Below are positions 45,809 to 54,678 of a stretch of DNA of 64,000 nucleotides, one piece after another. Where the stretch lies: positions 152,816 to 216,815 of IMG/VR virus record IMGVR_UViG_3300044700_000691. One strand, written 5' to 3'. The translations under genes were made by a program, and so were the position numbers. Under the pieces are notes generated by a model, which worked only from the letters and a program-made list of their open reading frames with translations, was not told the origin of the DNA and did not search any database. The first letter of the stretch is position 1, and the number at the start of each line of letters is the position of its first letter.

Positions 45809-46192
45809 TTATCTTTTTCCTTCATGAACTACCTTTAGTCCATCATTTCTGTCAATATACATGTATTCACATGATACTAAGCCAAATTCGTCAATGTGGT
45901 CTAAAACTTCGTCCGCTGAAAATTCAGAACATGAGTAAATATCAAATTGAAAAAACGCTGGATTGGGTTTATCCCAAACGTGAATTGCTGCATGTGATGT
46001 AGCTAAGGTAACTGTACCAGTAATACCTTCATTTCCAGGTTCATCTACATAAATTGAAGATGGACCAGCAACAACTACCATTCTTACCTTTTTAACAAGA
46101 TCAGTTAACCACTGATTTAAAATAGTTTCATCTTTTGGAGGGTTTTGAATATAGCCTCTTACTAAAAGATGAAGATGATTAGGGGTGAACAT
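45809..46192 (-). CDS. S-adenosylmethionine decarboxylase-like proenzyme
   Basis: GITGTVTLATSHAAIHVW...FQFDIYSCSEF matches the prokaryotic class 1B AdoMetDC pattern. Confidence 0.8.
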   Translation of the reverse strand: MFTPNHLHLLVRGYIQNPPKDETILNQWLTDLVKKVRMVVVAGPSSIYVDEPGNEGITGTVTLATSHAAIHVWDKPNPAFFQFDIYSCSEFSADEVLDHIDEFGLVSCEYMYIDRNDGLKVVHEGKR

Positions 46193-46209
46193 TTTAAAAT
46201 CCCTCTAAA

Positions 46210-47034
46210 TTATTTTAATAAATTGTAATATTCGTTAAAGTGTTTAATACGATCATCAAGACCGATTGTTCCACCATTAACTCTTTTGGTTACCGCTGTA
46301 ACAGTTGCAGTATCTGCGCCTTTATCACAAATTGACCAAAGTTTATTTGAATCAAAAAAGAAAGCTGCAGAAGCTAAAGGATATTTAGTTGCAACTAGAT
46401 CTGGATTAACAACTGTATCTTCACCAATAAATTTAGCAAAGTTAGTGTAATTTGATTTTCCTGTTAATTGGATATAACCTCTACCACGGAATTTGAAACC
46501 TTCTTTAGAAGCTTCATTACCATTACCCATACGATCTGCATAAACTCTTGAAGCAATCTTCTCTGGTTGACGAGCATAAGATTCGTTTAAGTTACCAGGG
46601 AAATATTTACCAAAGATTTTTTTAAGACCATCTGCTGAGTAATTAACGTTTTCGCTAACTGCTTTAAATCCGCCACTTTCATGACCACATTGTGATAAGA
46701 AGTGAGCTAGACGTAAATTATTAGTAATATTGAATTTAGCAGCTGTATCTGGAATTTGTGCAATAACTGAATCAGGAATATGACCTTTAAGCGCAGCTAA
46801 TTTAAAAGCAGAAGCTGGGATTGCCACAGCTGGTGCTGCAACTGATTCGCTAATTCCTAATTTTGCAAGTGTAGTAGGGCCAGCAATACCATCAGCAGTA
46901 AGACCATTTGCGGTTTGCCATGCTTTTAATTTTGCCTCTGTACCAGGGCCAAACGATCCGTCTGAACCCGCTCCTAATTTTTCTTGAAGTTTTTTAACTA
47001 AGTCTCCGGTAGAACCGACTTTAAGTACTGACAT
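46210..47034 (-). CDS. endolysin: peptidoglycan-binding domain plus GH19 lysozyme
   Basis: VKKLQEKLG...DGSFGPGT...DGIAGPTT; RLAHFLSQCGHES; FRGRGYIQLTGKSNY; VNGG..GL.DR. Confidence 0.92.
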   Translation of the reverse strand: MSVLKVGSTGDLVKKLQEKLGAGSDGSFGPGTEAKLKAWQTANGLTADGIAGPTTLAKLGISESVAAPAVAIPASAFKLAALKGHIPDSVIAQIPDTAAKFNITNNLRLAHFLSQCGHESGGFKAVSENVNYSADGLKKIFGKYFPGNLNESYARQPEKIASRVYADRMGNGNEASKEGFKFRGRGYIQLTGKSNYTNFAKFIGEDTVVNPDLVATKYPLASAAFFFDSNKLWSICDKGADTATVTAVTKRVNGGTIGLDDRIKHFNEYYNLLK

Positions 47035-47045
47035 TTTGTTAAGAT

Positions 47046-47441
47046 TTATTTTTTAAGGAATAATTCAAAGATGAGTCCAAAAAGTGCAGCAAAAATAATC
47101 CACATTGCTTTGTTAATACCGTCTTTCCACTTACTAACTTCATTAAGCATCTCGAATTTTTCGCGCATATTTTTTTCATTGTCTTCTCTAAATTGAGTGT
47201 TTTTATTTACTCGAACAATAACTCCTGTTTCGGGATCAAGCAAAAGTTTTTTAATTTGACTAATGTCATCATGCAATTTTTCATGTGATTCCTCAGCTGC
47301 CTCAACCTTTTCTTGAATAATCTTTAGTTCACCATTGGGCATATGCTTACGAATATGATCCAGTGCACCAAGGATTTCGTCCATCATTTGGCTAACCCCG
47401 GCTGTATTGCTTGTTCTACGTTTAATAGGCTGGTCTCCCAT
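47046..47441 (-). CDS. holin-like protein (coiled coil plus C-terminal TM)
   Basis: KAMWIIFAALFGLIFELFLKK C-terminus; directly upstream of the endolysin. Confidence 0.5.
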   Translation of the reverse strand: MGDQPIKRRTSNTAGVSQMMDEILGALDHIRKHMPNGELKIIQEKVEAAEESHEKLHDDISQIKKLLLDPETGVIVRVNKNTQFREDNEKNMREKFEMLNEVSKWKDGINKAMWIIFAALFGLIFELFLKK

Positions 47442-47463
47442 TGAGTTTGTTCTAATTTTTTTA

Positions 47464-47685
47464 TTAAGCGGTTGGTTCTTCTAGTAGTTGAAGACCTTCT
47501 TCAGGCTCAACTGCAGGCTGTTCCATATTTGGCATCATAGCCGGTTCAGCTTGAGGCATCATTGGCTCTTCCATTGGTTGTTCTTGAGCAATTGGCATCT
47601 CTGGTTGCATAGCTGGCATTGCATCAACAGCAGGTTGATCTTTAGCTACAAACTCATCGAAACTCATAATACGATTGTCCATCAT
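47464..47685 (-). CDS. small P/E/M-rich protein with capsid-targeting-like N-terminus
   Basis: RIMSFDEFV; perfect TATAAATA upstream. Confidence 0.7.
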   Translation of the reverse strand: MMDNRIMSFDEFVAKDQPAVDAMPAMQPEMPIAQEQPMEEPMMPQAEPAMMPNMEQPAVEPEEGLQLLEEPTA

Positions 47686-47703
47686 TTCAGTTTTATTTTT
47701 TAT

Positions 47704-47711
47704 TATTTATA
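47704..47711 (-). promoter_or_regulatory. T4-type late promoter TATAAATA
   Basis: Perfect consensus 18 nt upstream of the ATG; heads the lysis operon. Confidence 0.75.
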
Positions 47712-47719
47712 CGCCTGGA

Positions 47720-47747
47720 AAAAAGAAAAAGGGCCAAGGGGCCCTTT
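47720..47747 (-). terminator. intrinsic terminator
   Basis: AAAGGGCC/GGCCCTTT stem followed by U-tract on the minus strand. Confidence 0.75.
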
Positions 47748-47769
47748 AAAAATTTCAATAGTCGATTAA

Positions 47770-48147
47770 TTAAAAGCCTTGTTCACGACGTAATTGAGCT
47801 TCATCGTGATCCATTTGAATTTTAGTCATTCTTTCCATTTCCTCGTCACTAACTGATTTCTTAAATCTAATTCTAGGGTACCAGTAACGATCGTCATCAC
47901 TGTCAAAGTCTGGATAAGATTGCTCAGTGTCTACTGAATATCCTTGGTCTTCAACCCATTTCATCATGTTAGAAAATTCTTCTGGATGAATATCGCCCCG
48001 TACCTGAATAGTAATTTGACCGCTGTTCGCATATGTATCAGAATAGGCTCTAACATTAAATTTATTGCTAAAGTCTACACCTAATTGTTCTGGCGTATAG
48101 TCTTCATTTGATTCATTAATGTATTGGCTAAAAGGTTTAATGTGCAT
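47770..48147 (-). CDS. hypothetical protein with capsid-targeting-like N-terminus
   Basis: MHIKPFSQYINES. Confidence 0.75.
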   Translation of the reverse strand: MHIKPFSQYINESNEDYTPEQLGVDFSNKFNVRAYSDTYANSGQITIQVRGDIHPEEFSNMMKWVEDQGYSVDTEQSYPDFDSDDDRYWYPRIRFKKSVSDEEMERMTKIQMDHDEAQLRREQGF

Positions 48148-48167
48148 TAGTTCTTTATTAATTTTTA

Positions 48168-48887
48168 TTATGCGCCAAAGGCTTTAGTAAAGCCTTGAGG
48201 ACAAGTTTTTGTACATATTAAATCTGCAATAACCGGTGCGACTGCCGCTCCGATTGCAATACCGACACCAGCTGGTGTTGCCCATAACGCTGCAGAATCT
48301 AAACTTTTAGCTAAACAATTTGAAATTACATTTTTTAATATTTCGTGGTCAACACTATCGCTAACACCTGGTATTTGTAAAAATGCCTCTGTCACAATTG
48401 CGCTCATTGCCGCTACTGCTGCAGCCTTAGCCGCCATATCTGCAATATAGAGAACAGGCGTTGCCATTAACGATAATGTGGTTGATGTTGCTGCTCCAGC
48501 CGGTTGAGCTGGCGTAAATGCTGCAACTACACCTGCAGAGATTGCTGCGGTTATTGCTATATTACATGCGTTTTCATCCGCCCAGTGGTATGCCATTACA
48601 GCACCATCTTTTACTACTTCATAACCTTCTTTAACTCCAGACTCTATTTGATTTCCAATATTAATAAGTACTGGTACTACTTCTTCTTCCCATTCTCTAC
48701 CAGTCACATCTTCAATTCTATGATTTATTTCAGGATGGTCGTGAATATATCGTATTGCTTTGTCGGTAAGTCCCCATGATTCGCATGTTGAACAAGGTGC
48801 ATCTCCACCAAAGCCATACCATCTTACATTGTTATCTCCGCAATCTGAGCGATGATATACTATTCCGTCTCCGTTTTTGTCTGCCAT
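48168..48887 (-). CDS. Cys-containing protein with long hydrophobic Ala/Gly-rich C-terminal helices
   Basis: 239-aa ORF behind GATAAATA at 48909-48916. Confidence 0.7.
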   Translation of the reverse strand: MADKNGDGIVYHRSDCGDNNVRWYGFGGDAPCSTCESWGLTDKAIRYIHDHPEINHRIEDVTGREWEEEVVPVLINIGNQIESGVKEGYEVVKDGAVMAYHWADENACNIAITAAISAGVVAAFTPAQPAGAATSTTLSLMATPVLYIADMAAKAAAVAAMSAIVTEAFLQIPGVSDSVDHEILKNVISNCLAKSLDSAALWATPAGVGIAIGAAVAPVIADLICTKTCPQGFTKAFGA

Positions 48888-48921
48888 AATTTCTCTATTA
48901 ATTTTTATTATTTATCTAAAA

Positions 48922-48950
48922 TAAAAAAGGAGAACTTTTCAGCTCTCCTT
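48922..48950 (-). terminator. intrinsic terminator after tRNA-Ser
   Basis: AAGGAGAGC-UGAAAA-GUUCUCCUU plus U-tract. Confidence 0.75.
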
Positions 48951-48952
48951 TG

Positions 48953-49037
48953 CGGAAGATGTAGGATTCGAACCTACGGTACCTTGCAGTACAACAGTTT
49001 TCAAGACTGCCGCGATCGACCACTCTGCCAATCTTCC
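48953..49037 (-). tRNA. tRNA-Ser(UGA)
   Basis: GGAAGAT acceptor stem, anticodon loop CT-TGA-AA, long variable arm, GGTTCGAATCC; no encoded CCA. Confidence 0.95.
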
Positions 49038-49047
49038 AGTGTATATT

Positions 49048-49302
49048 TTACCAATCTCGCTTAACGTCGTGTTTTGAAAAATTAGGTACAATATTGTACT
49101 TTTCTTGGGTTTCAATACCCTGCATTTTTTTTCGTTCGGCTGAATCAGATTCTCTTTTCTCGAGTTTAGCAATCCACAGCTTTTCTTCAGCAGTTCCCCA
49201 TTTTTTTAATTGGTCCCTAAGTGATAAAGTTTGATCGGTTCGATCAAATTCTCTAGCAAATTCGTCTTTTCCTCGATTTGGTCGTTGTTGATAATCTGCC
49301 AT
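49048..49302 (-). CDS. hypothetical protein
   Basis: 84-aa ORF between Zn-finger gene and tRNA. Confidence 0.6.
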   Translation of the reverse strand: MADYQQRPNRGKDEFAREFDRTDQTLSLRDQLKKWGTAEEKLWIAKLEKRESDSAERKKMQGIETQEKYNIVPNFSKHDVKRDW

Positions 49303-49321
49303 ATTGTGTATTTTATTTAAT

Positions 49322-49555
49322 TTAGGTTAGCCGGTTTACTATTTTCTCGTGCAACTTATGAAGATCTGTGTTATCATAGATTAGAATCTTTTCATCTCCA
49401 ACTCGACCTACTGCCTTTAGGCCGCAGCCTTCACAAATAAATCCATCTTGATAGTGTTCGTCCATCAGGCTTCCAAAGATTTGATCTGTATCAATATCGG
49501 CTGGAATATCTTCTCCCCACATTTCAGGGGCGCATTTATCACAAAAGTCTGCCAT
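49322..49555 (-). CDS. small zinc-finger protein
   Basis: FCDKC...ICEGCG. Confidence 0.7.
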   Translation of the reverse strand: MADFCDKCAPEMWGEDIPADIDTDQIFGSLMDEHYQDGFICEGCGLKAVGRVGDEKILIYDNTDLHKLHEKIVNRLT

Positions 49556-49558
49556 AGT

Positions 49559-49663
49559 TTAAAATTTACCCCATCCACTGCGGTGACGATTTTCTTCAGC
49601 TATCTTAAAGCCTAATAGAATCTCTTTGCAGATTTTTTTAATCTTATTAATTATATTCTTCAT
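49559..49663 (-). CDS. 34-aa ORF missed by track (MKNIINKIKKICKEILLGFKIAEENRHRSGWGKF)
   Basis: ATGA overlap with the upstream stop; fills gap exactly. Confidence 0.5.
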   Translation of the reverse strand: MKNIINKIKKICKEILLGFKIAEENRHRSGWGKF

Positions 49664-50733
49664 AGTAAGTGTGGTTTTGCTTCTGTTTGACCAGCATTAG
49701 TTATTTGTACCCATTTTGGGTGGTATTTTGCAAGAGAGTCAGCTCCAGCATAGGACAGAGCAGATTTAACTCCATCAATAAGGCCCTCTACTATAAATTT
49801 AACTCCGCCTTTGTATGGAATAATTGTTGATTCGCCTTCAACATTTCGTTGAGCTTGACCATGAACGGTTTTAGTTTCTAAAGAAGCTGCGCCTCTATAT
49901 CTCTTATACAAACCAGTTGACTTTTCAACAATTTGACCAGGACTCTCATGTGTTCCAGCTAAGAGTGAACCTAGCATTACTGAACTTGCTCCTAGTGCTA
50001 GGGCTTTTGCAATATCGCCGCTTGTTTTAATTCCGCCATCTGCCATTACTGGAGTTTTTGCAACTGAAACAATATCACTGATACAGGTTACGTTTGGAAT
50101 ACCAAAGCCAGTCTTAATTCTGGTTGTGCAAAGAGAACCTCCACCAATTCCAACTCGTAAGCCGTCTGCTCCCCATGATTCTAAGTCTTGAGCTGCCTCG
50201 GCCGTTGCAATATTTCCTGCAATAATATCAACGTGTTCAGGTAAATTTGCCTTACACCATTCGATCATGACCTTTACATTTATGTGATGGCCGTGTGCAA
50301 CATCAATTAAGAGGATATTTGCGCCTGCTTCAACTAGGGCCTTTGCTCTATCCATATCACTTGCCATTACACCAATTGCCGCCATAATTGGAACCTGTTT
50401 AATTTCAGCGTGCCAATCATCATACATAATTCCCCAATCTTCATATGGACCGCCGAATCCATCACCATATATTTTATAGCTCAACAATTTAACCTGATTG
50501 GCCTGCTCTTCAATTGACATAAATCTGTGAATACAGCCAACTCCGCCTAGGAGAAATAGCCTAAATGCCATTTCTAATTCGCATACCGTATCCATCGGTG
50601 AAGCAACTAGAGGTCGCATCAAGCCATATCGACGGCTCACTAGTGTATCTAATTTAATAGTTTGACGACTTGATACTTCAGAATAACCTGGTACCAATTG
50701 GATATCATCATATGTAAGAGCAGTCTTATTCAT
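49660..50733 (-). CDS. IMP dehydrogenase/GMP reductase family enzyme, no CBS domains
   Basis: LTYDDIQLVP, ASPMDTV, IDVAHGH, AGNIAT, GIGGGSLCTTR (catalytic Cys), ADGG, MLGSLLAG; start moved to MNKT. Confidence 0.92.
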   Translation of the reverse strand: MNKTALTYDDIQLVPGYSEVSSRQTIKLDTLVSRRYGLMRPLVASPMDTVCELEMAFRLFLLGGVGCIHRFMSIEEQANQVKLLSYKIYGDGFGGPYEDWGIMYDDWHAEIKQVPIMAAIGVMASDMDRAKALVEAGANILLIDVAHGHHINVKVMIEWCKANLPEHVDIIAGNIATAEAAQDLESWGADGLRVGIGGGSLCTTRIKTGFGIPNVTCISDIVSVAKTPVMADGGIKTSGDIAKALALGASSVMLGSLLAGTHESPGQIVEKSTGLYKRYRGAASLETKTVHGQAQRNVEGESTIIPYKGGVKFIVEGLIDGVKSALSYAGADSLAKYHPKWVQITNAGQTEAKPHLL

Positions 50734-51445
50734 TATCTGTAAATTTAACAAAGGTTATTTCATTAGTAATAGGGTCCCAATCGAATGTTACCGGTTTATT
50801 AACATATTCATAGTATTCATTTAGGATTGATACATTAAACCAGTGAGTGGTTCCATCAAACTTATAACCAGATCCACCGTGAATATGTCCACATACATGA
50901 ATTTTAGGTTTAACTTTAGATTGATCGATATGATTTCTCAATAGTGGACAACCTAAATTTGGTTCGTTATATGGAGGACCGCTTGTATCTAAATGACCTT
51001 GAGCTGGCCCGTGTGTAACTAAAATATCAGTATTAGTTGGAATTGCAGCCCATTTAGCAGCTAACTCTTCTCCTTGACGAGGAAGATTGAATGCCCAATT
51101 GTGAAATTCTGGTTGCCAAGGACTACCGTAGATTTTAGCTGTTTCATTATCATCTCCGACTTCAATTGTACTATCTTGCAAATAATCAATCCACTTATAA
51201 GAATTAACAATTTCCATTGATTTCTCTGGAAAATCTTCAAACATGCGGTCATGATTACCTGCAATAAAAATTTTATGGTCATATTGATCTAGTCCATCAA
51301 ACCATTTACAGAAACTGGTAATATCACCAGGATTACGTCCTGAATTCATGATATCTCCAGCATGGATTAGTAAGTCTCCACCCGGTAAATCATTGGTTAC
51401 CTCATGGTGTTTTGTGTGCGTGTCAGAAATTAACGTTATTCTCAT
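50726..51445 (-). CDS. calcineurin-like metallophosphoesterase (MPPED-like)
   Basis: ISDTH, HAGD, AGNHD, THGP, CGHIH. Confidence 0.92.
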   Translation of the reverse strand: MRITLISDTHTKHHEVTNDLPGGDLLIHAGDIMNSGRNPGDITSFCKWFDGLDQYDHKIFIAGNHDRMFEDFPEKSMEIVNSYKWIDYLQDSTIEVGDDNETAKIYGSPWQPEFHNWAFNLPRQGEELAAKWAAIPTNTDILVTHGPAQGHLDTSGPPYNEPNLGCPLLRNHIDQSKVKPKIHVCGHIHGGSGYKFDGTTHWFNVSILNEYYEYVNKPVTFDWDPITNEITFVKFTDNE

Positions 51446-51481
51446 CCTATAGTTTATTTGTGTTGATTAATACTATTATAC

Positions 51482-51511
51482 AAAAAAAGAGCAGTGATTA
51501 GCTGCTCTTTC
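51482..51511 (-). terminator. intrinsic terminator
   Basis: AAAGAGCAG/CTGCTCTTT stem with flanking tracts. Confidence 0.75.
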
Positions 51512-51535
51512 TTATACATTCTATATTTAATTAGA

Positions 51536-52093
51536 TTATCCCAATTCATAAAATTTTTCAAGAGCAGCTTGTATTCTGTCCGATATTGATGGATCAGCGG
51601 TTTCAGCGATATCTGCAATTAGTGCAATACCATTTACAATACTATCATAACCTGGAAGATATGTAACATTTTTATCCTTTTTGTACATACTTAATACATC
51701 AATTAGGGTATCTTCAATAAAACCTGCAATGGCTTCAACATTGACATTCATTGGATCCTCTCCATCTGGAGAAATAATTTCAGCATACTGTCTAACCTCT
51801 TCGCCAATCTCTGCAATTTCTTCAGCGTGCGATTTGTTATCTTGGTAAACGTCTTTCTTTTTAGTTTTAGTAACAAGATCCTTTGGAACTCTAACAATCC
51901 TTTTGCTAGAATCCAATAGTTCAATTTTAATAAAGTCATCATCCATATCAATTACTTGGCCAGGTCCTCTATAACTAGTTACATAGTCACCAGGCTCAAT
52001 ATCAGGATTTTCCTCGTTTTTCTGAAACTCTGCTTCAGGATCTTTCATAAATTTATCAAGATCAAAATCTTCGTATAGCTTAATATATTTCAT
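51536..52093 (-). CDS. acidic protein with capsid-targeting-like N-terminus and SH3/KOW-like domain
   Basis: True start MKYIKLYEDF; IEPGDYVTSYRGPGQVIDM. Confidence 0.7.
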   Translation of the reverse strand: MKYIKLYEDFDLDKFMKDPEAEFQKNEENPDIEPGDYVTSYRGPGQVIDMDDDFIKIELLDSSKRIVRVPKDLVTKTKKKDVYQDNKSHAEEIAEIGEEVRQYAEIISPDGEDPMNVNVEAIAGFIEDTLIDVLSMYKKDKNVTYLPGYDSIVNGIALIADIAETADPSISDRIQAALEKFYELG

Positions 52094-52460
52094 TGTACTT
52101 AATAATAAGTTCTCCAAGAACTTCGATTTTTCCAACTAACTTTTGAAAGTCAGTTTGCTTAATTTTAACAGTGTCTTTAGTTGAGGCAAGTTCATCAATT
52201 AAAGTATTGTATTCTTTTATTGCAGAGTCGCGATCTTCAACCGTCCAGCCCTTTTTTGCTTTTTTGTAATATGGTAACTTAACAACAAAGTGGTTATACG
52301 TTAACATTGCGTTACCGCCGCGTTCCTTTGCATTTTCTGCAATTTTAGTTGCTCCCATTAATCGGGACTCGTCAAACTCAATAAATTTCTTTTTGAGATT
52401 GTCAGTAGGTGCTTTAGCCTCATTGATAAATTCGCTAAACTGTTTAACTTGATTCTTCAT
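52080..52460 (-). CDS. hypothetical protein with capsid-targeting-like N-terminus
   Basis: QVKQFSEFINEAK; GATAAATA at 52466-52473. Confidence 0.75.
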   Translation of the reverse strand: MKNQVKQFSEFINEAKAPTDNLKKKFIEFDESRLMGATKIAENAKERGGNAMLTYNHFVVKLPYYKKAKKGWTVEDRDSAIKEYNTLIDELASTKDTVKIKQTDFQKLVGKIEVLGELIIKYNEIY

Positions 52461-52479
52461 AAGGTTATTTATCTAAACG

Positions 52480-52506
52480 AAAAAAGGACTGAATTGCTTC
52501 AGTCCT
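52480..52506 (-). terminator. intrinsic terminator after tRNA-Leu
   Basis: AGGACUGAA-GCAA-UUCAGUCCU plus U-tract. Confidence 0.85.
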
Positions 52507-52507
52507 G

Positions 52508-52592
52508 TGGTACCCTCTGAGAGACTCGAACTCTCACACCCTGCGGCACTAGATCCTAAGTCTAGCGTGTCTACCAATTCCACCAAAAGGGC
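52508..52592 (-). tRNA. tRNA-Leu(UAG)
   Basis: CTAGA-CT-TAG-GA-TCTAG anticodon arm, long variable arm, GTTCGAGTC, encoded CCA. Confidence 0.95.
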
Positions 52593-52601
52593 TTGGATTT
52601 A

Positions 52602-52811
52602 TTACTTACTTAGATACTTTTCAACGGCAGCGATGCGATCGTCTGCATCTACTAACATTGTAATAGCTTCTTCAGCATTTTTATAGAAATCTCCAGTCGA
52701 ATGGTCGCCAATTCCTACTGCATGATTACTTAATAGTTCAAGAGTTAAAAGAGCCCTTTGTCTATCTGCTTCAGCTGCGGATTTCAGCATATTTGCTAAA
52801 TGTGCTTTCAT
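52602..52811 (-). CDS. small conserved-looking phage helical protein
   Basis: 69 aa with AVGIGDHS motif; TAGTATAAT upstream. Confidence 0.7.
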   Translation of the reverse strand: MKAHLANMLKSAAEADRQRALLTLELLSNHAVGIGDHSTGDFYKNAEEAITMLVDADDRIAAVEKYLSK

Positions 52812-52834
52812 TGTATTGATTTTAATTTATTATA

Positions 52835-53095
52835 CTAATGTTTCTTATACTTTACAATTTTAATCTGAACAGTATCACCTACTCGCATTGCCTTTCGCAT
52901 AGTATAGGTTGTTCCACAGTCAGTTTTGACTCTCCATTCAGGATCAAGCTGTAATGTATGCTTTTGTCCAATTTGGAAGTATTCAACTTCCGTTATAACA
53001 CAATCCTTTTCAATAACTTCAGCAACCTTAGGCGATTCACAGCCAAGTGCAGCTAGTGTAAAAATTGTTCCAATTATAAAATATACTTTTTTCAT
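52835..53095 (-). CDS. putative lipoprotein
   Basis: Start moved to MKKVYFIIGTIFTLAALGC (lipobox); the track start lies inside tRNA-Arg. Confidence 0.65.
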   Translation of the reverse strand: MKKVYFIIGTIFTLAALGCESPKVAEVIEKDCVITEVEYFQIGQKHTLQLDPEWRVKTDCGTTYTMRKAMRVGDTVQIKIVKYKKH

Positions 53096-53107
53096 ATTTA
53101 AATTTTG

Positions 53108-53182
53108 TGGTAGTCCCGCCAAGAATCGAACTTGGATCCACTGCTTAGAAGGCAGTTGTTCTATCCGTTGAACTACAGGACC
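53108..53182 (-). tRNA. tRNA-Arg(UCU)
   Basis: ACTGC-CT-TCT-AA-GCAGT anticodon arm, GTTCGATTC, encoded CCA. Confidence 0.95.
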
Positions 53183-53190
53183 GCGTTTTA

Positions 53191-53376
53191 TTATTCTTTA
53201 TCTAATTCCTTGTATAACTTATCGCTGTACAAATTAACTAAAATAAAAAGGGTCCACCATCTGACATCAATCACATCTAGGATTGTTTTATCAAATGCGG
53301 CAAAGCATAATACAACCATTAATAACAAGTTGATAATTAACTGTGCCCAAACAAAAAACTTACTGATCTTCTTCAT
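53191..53376 (-). CDS. small two-TM membrane protein
   Basis: Two hydrophobic stretches in 61 aa. Confidence 0.6.
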   Translation of the reverse strand: MKKISKFFVWAQLIINLLLMVVLCFAAFDKTILDVIDVRWWTLFILVNLYSDKLYKELDKE

Positions 53377-53389
53377 AATTATAATATAC

Positions 53390-53983
53390 CTATTTTTTAT
53401 AAAAATATCCGTGAGTATTCCAGCCTAAATCGCAGTTAACATCTTTTTCTACTCTTCTTAAATACTTTATTCTTTTTTCTTGAGATACAAAAGGTACGCT
53501 CCAAAATTGTCTGGTTTTTGTTTTAAACCAACCAAAGACAAATGAATAAACTCCCATAACTAATCTTAGTTTAACAGAGTTTAAATATAGGGTTTGAACT
53601 GGTAGTGCCGGAGCTCCATGTGTTAAATAAGTTCTAACTTTTTTATCACTTAATAGTGGCTTTGGATAGCCGTATAATTTAGTTAAGGGTACAAAGTTAT
53701 ATGCAAATCCTGGTGTAAATACTTCATCGAAGAAAGTTTCCATTCTTGGAGTTAATCTAAACCACCATACCGGAGAAATAATATAAATTCGGTCTGACCA
53801 TGTTACCGCTTCTTTATATGATTGTATCAAATCGGTTCTTGGTCTTGCGTAATCGTCATTGTACAGATCTAATACTTTGACAGATTCATTGTTTTTAATT
53901 AGGGTATTTTCAATTGTTTTAAAAATTCCATTATAGCAAAAAGATTTGCGGTTAGGGTGCGCTATTATTATTAAATTATTCAT
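53390..53983 (-). CDS. flavodoxin-like NAD(P)H:quinone oxidoreductase (KefF/MdaB family)
   Basis: IIAHPNRKSF, VLDLY, ISPVWWFRLTPRMETFFDEVFTPGFAY. Confidence 0.85.
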   Translation of the reverse strand: MNNLIIIAHPNRKSFCYNGIFKTIENTLIKNNESVKVLDLYNDDYARPRTDLIQSYKEAVTWSDRIYIISPVWWFRLTPRMETFFDEVFTPGFAYNFVPLTKLYGYPKPLLSDKKVRTYLTHGAPALPVQTLYLNSVKLRLVMGVYSFVFGWFKTKTRQFWSVPFVSQEKRIKYLRRVEKDVNCDLGWNTHGYFYKK

Positions 53984-53984
53984 T

Positions 53985-54188
53985 TTACTTTAATTGGTTC
54001 TTGTTTATAAATTCCATATGCTTTTCCGTTTGCGGCTGAGGTGTTTCTTTAGAATTTCCCAAATCAGTACTATTATTTGTATCAGTTTTCTCATCAGTTA
54101 GCTTCTTTTTATATTGATACCAAGATGGATTCGGTAATCCGCTATAGTGATCCCAAAGATCCTCTTCTATTAAATCAACTTTACTCAT
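53985..54188 (-). CDS. hypothetical protein
   Basis: 67-aa ORF with LWDHYSGLPNP motif; 3' half may instead be an overlapping 29-aa ORF. Confidence 0.5.
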   Translation of the reverse strand: MSKVDLIEEDLWDHYSGLPNPSWYQYKKKLTDEKTDTNNSTDLGNSKETPQPQTEKHMEFINKNQLK

Positions 54189-54216
54189 TTAACAATTTTA
54201 TTAAAAACTATATTTG

Positions 54217-54291
54217 TCGGGATGGCAAGATTCGAACTTGCGACCTCCTGCTCCCAAAGCAGGCGCGATAACCGAGCTACGCTACATCCCG
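54217..54291 (-). tRNA. tRNA-Pro(UGG)
   Basis: CGGGATG acceptor, CCTGC-TT-TGG-GA-GCAGG, GTTCGAATC; no CCA. Confidence 0.95.
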
Positions 54292-54314
54292 AGTAGCTAA
54301 GACTAATATACTAA

Positions 54315-54617
54315 TTAACTAGTAATTAGCGTATTCTCTGTTTGTGACTTTGAACCTGTCAATCCTAATTTTTTATCAAGTCTTGAATCAGTGTAGGATT
54401 TGCACTCTAATTCGACTCTCTTTAATTCTAACTCTAAATCTGTTCTCCATATTTGAAGATCTTGTTGAAAATTTCGATTCATTTGATCGATTCCTTGGTG
54501 CAGATTTTCAATCTGCTTTGCTTGTCTGTTAACCTTAAGCAAACCAATAACAACTACTACTGCAAATGCAATAGCAACCATCGTTAGCATACCTAAAGCG
54601 AATGAAGTTAATTCCAT
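54315..54617 (-). CDS. N-terminal TM plus coiled-coil protein
   Basis: Hydrophobic residues about 5-28 then heptads. Confidence 0.65.
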   Translation of the reverse strand: MELTSFALGMLTMVAIAFAVVVVIGLLKVNRQAKQIENLHQGIDQMNRNFQQDLQIWRTDLELELKRVELECKSYTDSRLDKKLGLTGSKSQTENTLITS

Positions 54618-54678
54618 TGTTTTTAGATTATTTTGTGTCTTAGCTACAATGGTCTTATACTACTAAATAAGAAATGGA

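Noticed and set aside
48852-49172. ORFs 48852..49064 (+) and 48939..49172 (-)
   Set aside because: They overlap tRNA-Ser and its terminator; spurious
52926-53428. Plus-strand ORFs 52926..53171 and 53132..53428
   Set aside because: Antisense to tRNA-Arg and real minus-strand genes
54005-54094. Overlapping 29-aa ORF MRKLIQIIVLIWEILKKHLSRKRKSIWNL
   Set aside because: Plausible amphipathic peptide but nested in 53985..54188; cannot choose between the frames without homologues
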